Source of the DNA: an uncultured Candidatus Saccharibacteria bacterium
GTDB taxonomy: Bacteria; Patescibacteriota; Saccharimonadia; Saccharimonadales; Saccharimonadaceae
Direction of reading: 5' to 3'
Length of the DNA stretch: 64,000 bases
Assembly (NCBI GenBank): GCA_963548835.1
Contig: CAUUVO010000002.1
Location: 782 to 64,781, forward strand
The notes under the pieces were generated by a model. It was not told where the DNA came from. It saw nothing but the letters and a program-made list of their open reading frames with translations, and ran no database searches. This document shows positions 40,698 through 49,895 of the stretch, one piece after another (position 1 is the stretch's first letter; each line of letters begins with the position of its first letter). The translations under genes were made by a program, and so were the position numbers.

Positions 40698-41062
40698 AAA
40701 AGTTGCTGATCGTTGAGGATGATAAAAATTGGGCGGATATTTTATGCGGATATGCGGCGGCGGTTGGTGCGGAAGCACGGGCGGTGGTTTCTGGCGGCCA
40801 GGCGATGGAAATGATTGACAATTGGCAGCCGGACGCGATTGTCTTAGATATGCTGCTGGCGGGCGAAACGGCGGTGGCGCTGCTGAACGAACTGAGGTCG
40901 CATGCAGATTTGGCGAGATTGCCGATCGTGGTTTGCAGCAATGCGGGTGTTAATTTGGCGGATTTGCAACCGTTTGGCGTGAGAGCGCTGCTGGATAAGG
41001 CGTCAATGCTCCCGGACGAAGTGCGGGCAGTTTTTAGCGAGGTTTTGGATGGGGCAGAGTGA
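40694..41062 (+). CDS. stand-alone response regulator receiver
   Basis: LLIVEDD, PDAIVLDMLL, PIVVCS, LDK. Confidence 0.88.
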   Translation: MKKLLIVEDDKNWADILCGYAAAVGAEARAVVSGGQAMEMIDNWQPDAIVLDMLLAGETAVALLNELRSHADLARLPIVVCSNAGVNLADLQPFGVRALLDKASMLPDEVRAVFSEVLDGAE

Positions 41063-41726
41063 GCGGTTAAAAGCGATTGTACTGAGGCGGACGAATTACG
41101 CCGAGGCGGATCGGGTGCTGCAACTACTGACGCCGAAAGGCCGGCGCAGTGTCATCGCCAAGGGTGTGCGTCGCGAGCGGTCGAAATTGGCGGGCGGCAT
41201 TGAATTATTTGCGATTTGCGACGTGGTGATTCATTCCGGACGCGGCGATTTGGGGTTGTTGACCTCGGCGCGGCTGGCGGCGTTTTATCGGCATATTTTG
41301 GAAGATTACGAGCGGATGCAATTCGCTTATGCGGCGATGAAGCTGGTGTCGGCGGCGAGCGAAAATATCGACGAGCCGGAATGGTATTTTGTACTAAGTC
41401 AGGTATTAGAGCAATTAAATAACCCGGCAGTTAACCAAAAGCTGATTGAAACGTGGTTTTATGTGCAATATGCTAGTCTGCTAGGCGATGAGCTGAATCT
41501 GCGCACCGATGTGGCGGCTCAGGCGTTGTCGCCCGATAAAAAATATATGTACGATAGCGCGGAAAAGGGCCTGCGGCTGGCGGAGCAGGGTGACCTGTCT
41601 GCGGACGCTATCAAGCTGCTTCGACTTATTCAAGCGAAACCGCTGGCGAATGTGGCGCAAATTGGCGGGATAACTGAGGTGATCAATGATTGCTGGCTGG
41701 CAGCGCGGCAGCACGCGGCGGTATAA
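41049..41726 (+). CDS. recO: DNA repair protein RecO
   Basis: AIVLRRTNYAEADR..LLT..G, AKGVRR.RSKL. Confidence 0.92.
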   Translation: MGQSERLKAIVLRRTNYAEADRVLQLLTPKGRRSVIAKGVRRERSKLAGGIELFAICDVVIHSGRGDLGLLTSARLAAFYRHILEDYERMQFAYAAMKLVSAASENIDEPEWYFVLSQVLEQLNNPAVNQKLIETWFYVQYASLLGDELNLRTDVAAQALSPDKKYMYDSAEKGLRLAEQGDLSADAIKLLRLIQAKPLANVAQIGGITEVINDCWLAARQHAAV

Positions 41727-41802
41727 AATTACCCATAAAAATGGTATACTTTAAGTAATAATTATGAATCGCCATGTTGCCAACATGGAGAAAGGTTGTG
41801 TG

Positions 41803-43149
41803 ATGGGTCAATCAAAAATGGAAGATATTATTAGCCTGTGTAAGCGCCGCGGCTTTATTTATCAGGGGTCAGATGTGTACGGCGGCCTGAGCGGTACCTG
41901 GGATTACGGCCCGCTGGGTGTGCAGCTGAAGCGTAATATCATGAACTTGTGGTGGCGCAGATTTGTTGACGAGCGCGACGATATGTATGGCGTGGATGCG
42001 GCGATTTTGATGAATCAGAAGGTCTGGCAAGCCAGTGGGCATGTCGATACTTTCGTCGATCCGCTGTGCGAGGATACGGTTAATCACCGCCGTTTTCGTA
42101 CCGATCATATCCTCAAGGACAATGGCGTTGACGTCGATGGTATGACCATGGAGCAAATGGATGCGGTGATTGCCGAGAAAGGTATTAAAAGTCCCGATGG
42201 CAATCCGCTAAGCAAGTCGCGCACCTTTAATATGATGTTCAAAACGCACGTTGGCGCGACTGAGAGCGAGGACAGTATTTCCTACCTCCGCCCAGAAACC
42301 GCCCAGGGTATCTTCACCAATTTCAAAAACGTCGTCGATAGTTTCTACCCGAACTTACCGTTTGGCATCGCTCAACAGGGCAAGGCGTTTCGTAATGAGA
42401 TCGCACCGCGCGACTTCGTCTTCCGCTCTCGCGAGTTCGAGCAGATGGAGATTGAATATTTCGTCGACCCTGAGCATTGGCAGGAGGCGTTTGATGAGCT
42501 GCTGGTGGCGACACATGCCTTTTTGGCAGAACTAGGCTTGAAGCAGGAGCATATCCACGAGCTGGACGTGCCGGCAGAGGATCGGGCGCACTACAGCAAA
42601 AAGACGATTGACATCGAATACGATTATCCAATTGGCCGCGAGGAGTTGATGGGCATCGCCTACCGCACTGATTTTGACCTGATGAACATCCAGCGGGTCA
42701 GTGGTAAGAGTATGGAATACACCGTCAAGGGGACGAACACAAAATTTGTTCCGCACGTCATCGAGCCGTCGTTTGGTGTCGAGCGGGCGCTGATGGCGGT
42801 GCTGTCGGGCGCGTACCGCGAGGACGAGCAAAACGGTGAAAAGCGGGTGTATTTGGCACTGCCAGAGCACTTGGCGCCAGTTAGATTTGCTGTATCGCCA
42901 CTGTTGAAGAATAAGCCAGAATTGGTAGAGAAAGCCCGCGAAGTCTACGCCCAGCTCGCCAAAGCCAACCCAGGTCGAGTGATGTGGGACGACAACGGCA
43001 ACATCGGCAAACGCTACCGCCGCCAAGACGAAATCGGCACCCCGCACTGCGTGGTCATCGACTTCCAGACACTAGAGGACGGCACGGTGACTGTGCGTGA
43101 GCGGGATACAATGGAGCAGAAGCGAGTGAAGGTTGAGGGGTTATTGTGA
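41803..43149 (+). CDS. glyQS: glycyl-tRNA synthetase (alpha2 type)
   Basis: RRGF, YGPLG, YLRPETAQG, FRNEI, REFEQME, IEPSFG, IGKRYRRQDEIGTP; start may be 41764. Confidence 0.96.
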   Translation: MGQSKMEDIISLCKRRGFIYQGSDVYGGLSGTWDYGPLGVQLKRNIMNLWWRRFVDERDDMYGVDAAILMNQKVWQASGHVDTFVDPLCEDTVNHRRFRTDHILKDNGVDVDGMTMEQMDAVIAEKGIKSPDGNPLSKSRTFNMMFKTHVGATESEDSISYLRPETAQGIFTNFKNVVDSFYPNLPFGIAQQGKAFRNEIAPRDFVFRSREFEQMEIEYFVDPEHWQEAFDELLVATHAFLAELGLKQEHIHELDVPAEDRAHYSKKTIDIEYDYPIGREELMGIAYRTDFDLMNIQRVSGKSMEYTVKGTNTKFVPHVIEPSFGVERALMAVLSGAYREDEQNGEKRVYLALPEHLAPVRFAVSPLLKNKPELVEKAREVYAQLAKANPGRVMWDDNGNIGKRYRRQDEIGTPHCVVIDFQTLEDGTVTVRERDTMEQKRVKVEGLL

Positions 43150-43937
43150 GTAATAACTTTCGTCAACGATGGGGACTGCCCGAGGAAGATTTTGACAAAA
43201 GATTTCAAAAAGCAATCTACAGAATTCTGGCATTTACAGGTAATAGTATAGCGGTTTATGGCTCGCAATTGAAAAATTTTGCATTTATTGCGGGTGTGCC
43301 TGTAAGTGTTTATGGAGGAATCTTTGAGGATACTTTTAATGCAGAAAAATATTTTCTTGAGGCAAAACAGCCGTATGAGTTAGCTGAGAAAATAGAAATT
43401 TTATTGAAAAGCCACATTTTCACCGACGCCAAAAAAGAAAATGTAGTCAGGATTGTTAATAACGAGAACGTAGGGATCAGAGTTAGTAAAGACAAGAAGG
43501 GTAACTACATAACCTATCCTCAAGGCGAACCGATGTTAGATGAAAAAGTCGTAGAGCGCACTTTGCTGAGTCTAGACGGCGAGAGTGCAAATGAATACGA
43601 GAAGGCATTAAAAGCATATGCTTCAGGGAGATGGAACGAGTCGTCAAACGGTACTCGGCGGGCTCTTGAGGAGTATTTGAGGCAATACCTGAATAATAAA
43701 GCAGGTCTTGAGGCTAATATTAAAACAATAGGAGAGTCTCTCAAGAAAGCTGGCGTTGCCGAGCATTTCCGCAAATCAATTATCAATCAGCTTAGGACGT
43801 TGGATGGTCATTACAACTCAGGATCAAAACATAGATCAAATACGCAAGGAGCTGTGGAGGCTGAGTATTTGATATATTCTGTTGGTGTTATTGTGAATAC
43901 TTTGGAGCAGTTAAAAATATCTGATAAAGGCGCTTGA
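43146..43937 (+). CDS. abortive-infection (Abi_C/HEPN-like) protein
   Basis: C-terminal YEKAL...TRRALEEYLR...NSGSKH...EAEYLI resembling Abi_C-type helical domains; AT-rich. Confidence 0.5.
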   Translation: MSNNFRQRWGLPEEDFDKRFQKAIYRILAFTGNSIAVYGSQLKNFAFIAGVPVSVYGGIFEDTFNAEKYFLEAKQPYELAEKIEILLKSHIFTDAKKENVVRIVNNENVGIRVSKDKKGNYITYPQGEPMLDEKVVERTLLSLDGESANEYEKALKAYASGRWNESSNGTRRALEEYLRQYLNNKAGLEANIKTIGESLKKAGVAEHFRKSIINQLRTLDGHYNSGSKHRSNTQGAVEAEYLIYSVGVIVNTLEQLKISDKGA

Positions 43938-43953
43938 TAGTATAATTATCCCT

Positions 43954-44433
43954 ATGCTAAAAATTACCAACGGATATATCATTACGCAGAATCTAGATGG
44001 AACAGATCATCTGGATTGTCTGTATCGCATCTCGCTCAAAGCGTTGATTTATAACAATGCTGGGCAGATTTTGGTTGTTAAGGAAATTGATCGGACGTAT
44101 TGGGATTTGCCGGGTGGTGGTATGGATTTTGGCGAGACGATTGAGTCGTCTTTGAAACGCGAGCTGCTTGAAGAAGTCGGCTACAAGGGCGATTTGCGCT
44201 ATCAACTTTTTGACGCGTCGGAAGAGATGTATATTGAGCGGATTGATGCTAATCAAATCTGTTTTTATTGCCGCGTCTGGCCAGAGAATTTTGATTTTAT
44301 GCCGGGCGAAGAGGGTGATGAAATAATGTTTATTAATCCTGAGGAATTATTGCTTCAGAAGAGCGAGGTTGACGCGCCAGCTCGAGCGTATAGGGCGCAT
44401 ATGAAATGGCAGAAACTATATAGTAAGCAGTAA
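43954..44433 (+). CDS. NUDIX hydrolase
   Basis: LPGGGMDFGETIESSLKRELLEEVG. Confidence 0.92.
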   Translation: MLKITNGYIITQNLDGTDHLDCLYRISLKALIYNNAGQILVVKEIDRTYWDLPGGGMDFGETIESSLKRELLEEVGYKGDLRYQLFDASEEMYIERIDANQICFYCRVWPENFDFMPGEEGDEIMFINPEELLLQKSEVDAPARAYRAHMKWQKLYSKQ

Positions 44434-44484
44434 GCATTGTAATAAAAGATATATTGAATATATGTAGTAAATAAGGAGGTATTT

Positions 44485-45213
44485 ATGACAAAAATACTTG
44501 CAATCATCTCCACCCACGGTAATGAATTATTAGGTCCAAATGTGCTAGCATATATGCTCGCCAAAAGGTCTAAGTTGCTGGAGGATATAGAATTTATCAT
44601 AGCTAATTCGCGCGCTTACGCAAAGAATGTGCGGTATACCGAATCGGACCTAAATAGGAGTTATGGACTTGGTCTTGATACTTATGAGGGTCGGCGTGCG
44701 AAGATTATTGAGGAGCGGATTCGGTTACTGAAGCCGGAGCTGGTGCTGGATTTTCATACGACCACTGCCGAGCAGCCAAATATTTTGATAACGGCAGATA
44801 AAGATAATGAAGTAGTGCAGAGGTTTATCAATGCTAGTGCCATAAAAGATAATTTAGTGGTCTCGCCATTAAATGATATCACTACAGTGGCGCAGAACTT
44901 CGTGGCTTATGAGGTGCCTAATTCACGCCTGAATGATGGTTTGTACGAGCAGATATGTACTGATATAGAAAGATACTTGGATGGGAAGATGGTTGACCAG
45001 GAGCGAACTTTTTATAAGATGATAGGGAAAATTTTGCCGGAGGAAGAAAAGAGCATAGACGGTCTTGAAAACTTTGTTTATAACGATGAGCTGCAGGCCA
45101 TTCCGGCATTCCTTGGCGAGGAAGCGTATAGGCATGACGGCACTTATGCTGGGTTTAGACTTAAAGCGGACAGCCAAAGACATCCGAGCCATAAAGTTAC
45201 AGAAATATTTTAA
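44485..45213 (+). CDS. succinylglutamate desuccinylase/aspartoacylase (M14-like) family protein
   Basis: THGNE, DLNR, LDFHTT. Confidence 0.85.
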   Translation: MTKILAIISTHGNELLGPNVLAYMLAKRSKLLEDIEFIIANSRAYAKNVRYTESDLNRSYGLGLDTYEGRRAKIIEERIRLLKPELVLDFHTTTAEQPNILITADKDNEVVQRFINASAIKDNLVVSPLNDITTVAQNFVAYEVPNSRLNDGLYEQICTDIERYLDGKMVDQERTFYKMIGKILPEEEKSIDGLENFVYNDELQAIPAFLGEEAYRHDGTYAGFRLKADSQRHPSHKVTEIF

Positions 45214-45362
45214 CGCAGTGCCGTTGAAAATTAGAAAATCCGCAGCCTGGGTGGGGATTAAAAAACCACATTTGACAGGATAGCAAATAATTGATAATAT
45301 ACATTTGAGTATGATTATTGTCATAACGTGGTAAGTGAAAGGAAAGAGAGGAATAGTTTATT

Positions 45363-45755
45363 ATGAACGATAGAGAACCAAGATGGGGGGCGATGAGTGG
45401 TCAGAGCGGAGAAAGTGGCGGTCATCATACAGGGGGCAGCGACTGGTCGGATTTAGCTCAATATGGCGTAGATACTGGTGATTTGCCGCCTAGCAGCGTT
45501 GCTGATTGGGAAGCTACAACTGGTGCGTATCGGGATTTTAGTGATGAGCTGAGAAGAAAAGGTGATACAGATATGGCAGCTATAGTAGACAGAGTGGGTC
45601 GAGGTGGTGCGGCAGTGCTTGCCGATTTGCTGCGGGATTCGGCTGAGTCTAATCGCGAGTTGCAGCGGTTTCAGGAACAAAGAAGGCAACAAGAAGGACC
45701 GAAAGAACGATTTAAGGGTTCGCTTAGAGGTTGGCTGCGACGTCGCCGGCGGTAA
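45363..45755 (+). CDS. orphan protein
   Basis: 130-aa ORF with upstream TTGACA-17-TAATAT and GAGG RBS. Confidence 0.65.
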   Translation: MNDREPRWGAMSGQSGESGGHHTGGSDWSDLAQYGVDTGDLPPSSVADWEATTGAYRDFSDELRRKGDTDMAAIVDRVGRGGAAVLADLLRDSAESNRELQRFQEQRRQQEGPKERFKGSLRGWLRRRRR

Positions 45756-45867
45756 TGTTTGACATGTAACGTCATGGTTTATGGGCAGGACGGCACCTAT
45801 GCTGGATTTAGGCTGGAAAAATTTAGTTAACATTGCAATAAAATTATAATTTTGTTATAATGTCTGC

Positions 45868-46095
45868 ATGGTAATCACTACGATTCAAAAAGTTATCAAG
45901 ATTGGTTCCAGCCGCGGCGTGACGCTGCCAGCGCGGGATTTGCGGGCGCTGGGGATTCGCGATGGCGACGAGGTGCGATTAACTGTTGAGCAGGTAAAGC
46001 CAATTGAGCAAGCAAATAAGCCGTCGCTTCGCCAGGAGTACGATGATTTCAAAAAGCAGTACGGCGAAACGCTGAAAAACTTGGCAGACCGATGA
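45868..46095 (+). CDS. AbrB/MazE-type antitoxin
   Basis: KVIKIGSSRGVTLP..L..LGI..GDEV; overlaps toxin start. Confidence 0.85.
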   Translation: MVITTIQKVIKIGSSRGVTLPARDLRALGIRDGDEVRLTVEQVKPIEQANKPSLRQEYDDFKKQYGETLKNLADR

Positions 46096-46484
46096 TTCGC
46101 TATCTGGAGATTGACGAAATTCTAGAGCTGCATTTTTGGATAATTGAGGATTTTGGCGGCTCGCATGGCGTACGCGATGAACTGGGGCTAAAGTCGCTAG
46201 TGGCGGCGCCGCGGACATTTGTTTTTGATGAGGAGCAATATGTGTCAGTTCACGAAAAGGCGGCGGTTTATTTGCGCAATTGCATAGCAGACCACATCTT
46301 TACCGATGGCAATAAGCGCACAGCGGTGACGATTACTAGCATCTTTTTGGCGAGAAATGGCTGGAGAATGACCGCGGCGGCTATTGAACTAGAAAATTTC
46401 GCCGTCCGCGTCGCGACCGATCATCTCGATATTGATGCGATTGCTGATTGGCTGGAGCGTCATTCGCAGACGCGCGTGTCCTAA
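46092..46484 (+). CDS. Doc (Fic-family) toxin
   Basis: HIFTDGNKRTA Doc-type motif, GVRD.LGL. Confidence 0.9.
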   Translation: MIRYLEIDEILELHFWIIEDFGGSHGVRDELGLKSLVAAPRTFVFDEEQYVSVHEKAAVYLRNCIADHIFTDGNKRTAVTITSIFLARNGWRMTAAAIELENFAVRVATDHLDIDAIADWLERHSQTRVS

Positions 46485-46502
46485 ACGTGGTATCATTCAT
46501 AT

Positions 46503-47066
46503 ATGAGAGAAATTGAGATAAAAGTTAGATTGCAAGATAAAGAAGGGCTGTTGGCTGCACTGGCAGGTAAAGGTGTTGCTCTTGGCGAGCCGGTGCATCA
46601 ACGCGATCAAGTATTTGGTCTGCCGGGAGAAGCTGGCGGCGATGGTAACACGGCGCCTTGGCTGCGGGTGCGCACCGAAACGCATGGACAAGGCGAAAAT
46701 GAAACCAAGCGGACGTTATTCACTCTAAAACGATCAGTGACTGGGCAGCTGGATAGCATTGAGCGCGAAACAGAAGTTGGCGATCCAGGCGTTATGATTG
46801 CTATAGTTAAGGAGTTGGGTTTCGTGCCGTTTTCGGACTTATCAAAGACTCGCCAGACCGGCAAACTGAACGATGTGGAAGTATGCATCGACTCGGTGGA
46901 GGGTTTGGGCGACTTCATGGAGTTAGAACGATTAGTTGATGAGAATGCCGATCCTGCCGCGATAACCGATGATTTGTGGCGCATTATGGCGGAACTGGGC
47001 ATCAGCCGTCAAGATGAGGTGACCGATGGCTATGATATTTTGATGAAAAAGTTGAGGGAGCAGTAA
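46503..47066 (+). CDS. CYTH-domain protein (class IV adenylate cyclase-like)
   Basis: EIEIK, LRVR, TLK, ERETEV, GLGDFMELE. Confidence 0.88.
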   Translation: MREIEIKVRLQDKEGLLAALAGKGVALGEPVHQRDQVFGLPGEAGGDGNTAPWLRVRTETHGQGENETKRTLFTLKRSVTGQLDSIERETEVGDPGVMIAIVKELGFVPFSDLSKTRQTGKLNDVEVCIDSVEGLGDFMELERLVDENADPAAITDDLWRIMAELGISRQDEVTDGYDILMKKLREQ

Positions 47067-47096
47067 AGAGCGCTGGAGTTCTGTCTCGCCTCTAAT

Positions 47097-47123
47097 AAAA
47101 ACCTCGGGTTATCCGAGGTTTTT
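47097..47123. terminator. bidirectional terminator
   Basis: AAAAACCTCGG-GTTAT-CCGAGGTTTTT between convergent genes. Confidence 0.85.
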
Positions 47124-47146
47124 AACGGGGTAGAGCCTAGAAAGGT

Positions 47147-47587
47147 TTACTTCTTCTTGCCGCCGCGTGATTTGACGGCGATTTTCTTTGGCTCTGGCGC
47201 CGGCGTGACCGGTATAGTGACTTTGAGGACGCCATCGTCCAGGTGTGCTTCGATAGCATCGGCGTCAGCGCGCTCTGGCAGCTGAACACTGCGGTAGAAG
47301 CTGCTGCTTGACTCGCGTACGACATACTTCTTTTCTTTATCTTCTTCTTTCTCGTGCCGTTGGGCTTGGATAACCAAGTTGCCGTTTTCGACAGAAATAT
47401 TGACGTCATCTTCATCGAATTTCGGCAAGTGAACCTCGACGACTAGCGCGTTATCTTTCATGTAAACATCAGTGGTAGGCAAGCCGACCGAGCGTATTTG
47501 GCGCGGCATCCAGTTGTCGTCATTAAAGAAATGGCGCTGCAGGGCATCCATTTCGGCAAACGGGTCGAATCGAACGAGTTTACTCAT
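47147..47587 (-). CDS. Hsp20/alpha-crystallin small heat shock protein
   Basis: FDPF, SFYRSVQLP, AHLDDGVLKVTIP. Confidence 0.94.
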   Translation of the reverse strand: MSKLVRFDPFAEMDALQRHFFNDDNWMPRQIRSVGLPTTDVYMKDNALVVEVHLPKFDEDDVNISVENGNLVIQAQRHEKEEDKEKKYVVRESSSSFYRSVQLPERADADAIEAHLDDGVLKVTIPVTPAPEPKKIAVKSRGGKKK

Positions 47588-47648
47588 TTGTATTACTCCT
47601 TTCGTTTATGATTTGGCGAGCTTTTGCTCTATATTTTATTGTAATTGG

Positions 47649-47675
47649 TTGGCACTCGCGTGTCAAGAGTGCCAA
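47649..47675 (-). promoter_or_regulatory. CIRCE (HrcA operator) overlapping the hsp20 promoter
   Basis: TTGGCACTC-N9-GAGTGCCAA; spacer holds TTGACA 17 nt from TACAAT on the minus strand. Confidence 0.85.
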
Positions 47676-47809
47676 ACATAAGCAAAATAACAGTAGTCTA
47701 GCGTAGGCAAAAAGTTTTCCAGAGTTTTCCACATACCAGCCTACGCTATATATGGTGGCGCTATATATAGCGTATGGGCAGTTTTATCCTGATGCGCTAT
47801 ACTGACTGC

Positions 47810-48385
47810 ATGGGCTGGCTGCGTAACTTAATTTTTGGCGAACCAAATGACGAGTATTTGGCGCGTATTAGCGGTATTAAAAATATCGGCGAGAGCAGCC
47901 GCGCAGGCTTGCCGCAGGAAAGTAATGGCGGTGTTGAAAACAAACCGGATGAAATGCCGGTGGCTAGTGAGCGGAAGCCTGATCAGTACCACTTAGCTAG
48001 CGGCCAAAAAATAATTCCTGAAATAGAAGTTGAGCGGATTAAAGCGCAGCCGTCTAGCGATAATAAATCCCTTGAAATATGGGCGTACATCCACAACCTC
48101 GCTAGTTTTGACATTGAGCTAGATAAATACGAGCTGCTGGGGCAGCGGGGCGATTTGAATAAATTTCTCAAGCCGGGCGAGATTTTTGAGCTGCGGATGT
48201 ACCAGGGTGCGATGCCTGAGAATGATTCAGTCCGCAAGATGTATATTCAGTATAAAATCGTCGGTACTGGCGATTATTTTCAGGCCGATCACACGATTGA
48301 TTACAAATACGAGCAAGACAGCCAGGGTAATAAGTGGTATATGCCAGATAATCTTAAATTGATACGGCCGGTTCGCGATATATAG
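47810..48385 (+). CDS. hypothetical protein
   Basis: ORF starting 6 nt after TATACT; beta-rich C-terminal half. Confidence 0.7.
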   Translation: MGWLRNLIFGEPNDEYLARISGIKNIGESSRAGLPQESNGGVENKPDEMPVASERKPDQYHLASGQKIIPEIEVERIKAQPSSDNKSLEIWAYIHNLASFDIELDKYELLGQRGDLNKFLKPGEIFELRMYQGAMPENDSVRKMYIQYKIVGTGDYFQADHTIDYKYEQDSQGNKWYMPDNLKLIRPVRDI

Positions 48386-48458
48386 ATATAAGCCATATGT
48401 CGCTGGACAGTAGTTGTATGATTTGTATATTTTAATTATTTGTGTTATAATAATAGTC

Positions 48459-49082
48459 ATGGAAAATTTCGAAGACTTCATGCCTCCTATGGAGCTTACA
48501 CCTGATCAAGCAAGGCTCGAAGATCTGCGATATAAGGCTGCGGAAGCTTTAGTCGTCAGAGGTAAAATAGCAGAAGAGTCTGATCGGCTGTCGCCTGACG
48601 GCAACGTAGCCAGGAGTTTTTCGTATCCATTATCGCCAGACTTGGTTCGCGAGGTCTTTCAGATTGACGACCAGGAAACGACTACACCAGAGGGCTGCGA
48701 GATAGTGTATATTCCAGAATCAATGTTGGACGGCCAGAAATGCCAAGATGAGATTTATATGCGAGTTACAACAGAGGTGAAACGGGATTCTGATTCTGTT
48801 GGTATATTGCGGCAGTGGGTTATAGCTGGCGACGAAGGAGAACCTATTCGCGGTGAGCGCAGTGTGGAATATTCTATAGGAGAAAAACGAGTAAGTCCGC
48901 ATAATCTTGAACCAAATGCTTTAATAATAATGGATACAGAAGATATTGGCGGTCTTCTTGATGATATGTATGAATATACTGAACCGATGGACGTTGACGA
49001 TTTGGATAAATTTGAGCAGGTGGTCGCAGCGATTCGTAATTCGCCGGCGTTGGCTGATCAGGTTGCGACGTGTTACACTTAA
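48459..49082 (+). CDS. orphan acidic protein
   Basis: ATG 7 nt after TTGTAT-17-TATAAT. Confidence 0.7.
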   Translation: MENFEDFMPPMELTPDQARLEDLRYKAAEALVVRGKIAEESDRLSPDGNVARSFSYPLSPDLVREVFQIDDQETTTPEGCEIVYIPESMLDGQKCQDEIYMRVTTEVKRDSDSVGILRQWVIAGDEGEPIRGERSVEYSIGEKRVSPHNLEPNALIIMDTEDIGGLLDDMYEYTEPMDVDDLDKFEQVVAAIRNSPALADQVATCYT

Positions 49083-49085
49083 TCT

Positions 49086-49823
49086 ATGACAAAACCTTTT
49101 CTTCTTTTACAATCCCGTCCTGAGGACGAAGCGTCTGACGACGAATATGCAGCTTTTTTGAAATTTGGCGGTTTGCAGCCGGAGCAGTTGCAGCGCTTGC
49201 GGCTTGACCGCGGCGAGTTCTCGCCAGTTAATTTGGACGATTACAGCGGTATTTTTATGGGCGGCGGGCCGGCTAATTTTGCTTATCCGCCAGAGGAAAA
49301 ATCGCCGGAACAATTGCAGTTTGAAGATTACATCATGCCGCTGCTTCGCCGGATTGCAGCCGAGGATAAGCCGTTTTTAGGCACTTGCTTGGGCGTGGGC
49401 GCGCTGGTGACGGCGCTGGGCGGCCGGACGGATTTCGATCATGGCGAGCCGGTTTGCGCGGTGGATATAAATTTGACGCCGGAAGCGCAGGACGATCCGC
49501 TGCTGGCTGGCTTGCCGGCTAGTTTTCGCGGCTTCGTTGGGCATAAAGAGGGCACCGATACGGCGCCGCCGAATAGCGTAGTGCTAGCACGTTCTGCGGC
49601 CTGTATACAATTGCTGCGCGCCGGGAAAAATGTTTATGCGGCGCAATTTCATCCTGAGCTTGATGCTGATGGCTTGGCTTTGCGGATTAATATCTATAAG
49701 CACGCCGGCTATTTCGCGCCGGAGGAAGCTCAAGATCTGATCGATGCGGCGTACCGCGAATCGGAATTGGTAACCGAACCGGTCAAGATATTGCGGCGGT
49801 TCGTTGAAAAATACGCAGAGTAA
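49086..49823 (+). CDS. type 1 glutamine amidotransferase
   Basis: GGGP, LGTCLG, QFHPE. Confidence 0.9.
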   Translation: MTKPFLLLQSRPEDEASDDEYAAFLKFGGLQPEQLQRLRLDRGEFSPVNLDDYSGIFMGGGPANFAYPPEEKSPEQLQFEDYIMPLLRRIAAEDKPFLGTCLGVGALVTALGGRTDFDHGEPVCAVDINLTPEAQDDPLLAGLPASFRGFVGHKEGTDTAPPNSVVLARSAACIQLLRAGKNVYAAQFHPELDADGLALRINIYKHAGYFAPEEAQDLIDAAYRESELVTEPVKILRRFVEKYAE

Positions 49824-49895
49824 ATTTTGGCGGCGGGGCAAATCCCTGACGAGACGCGTTTGATTTTTGTCAAATTATTGTGTTAAGATACGCTA

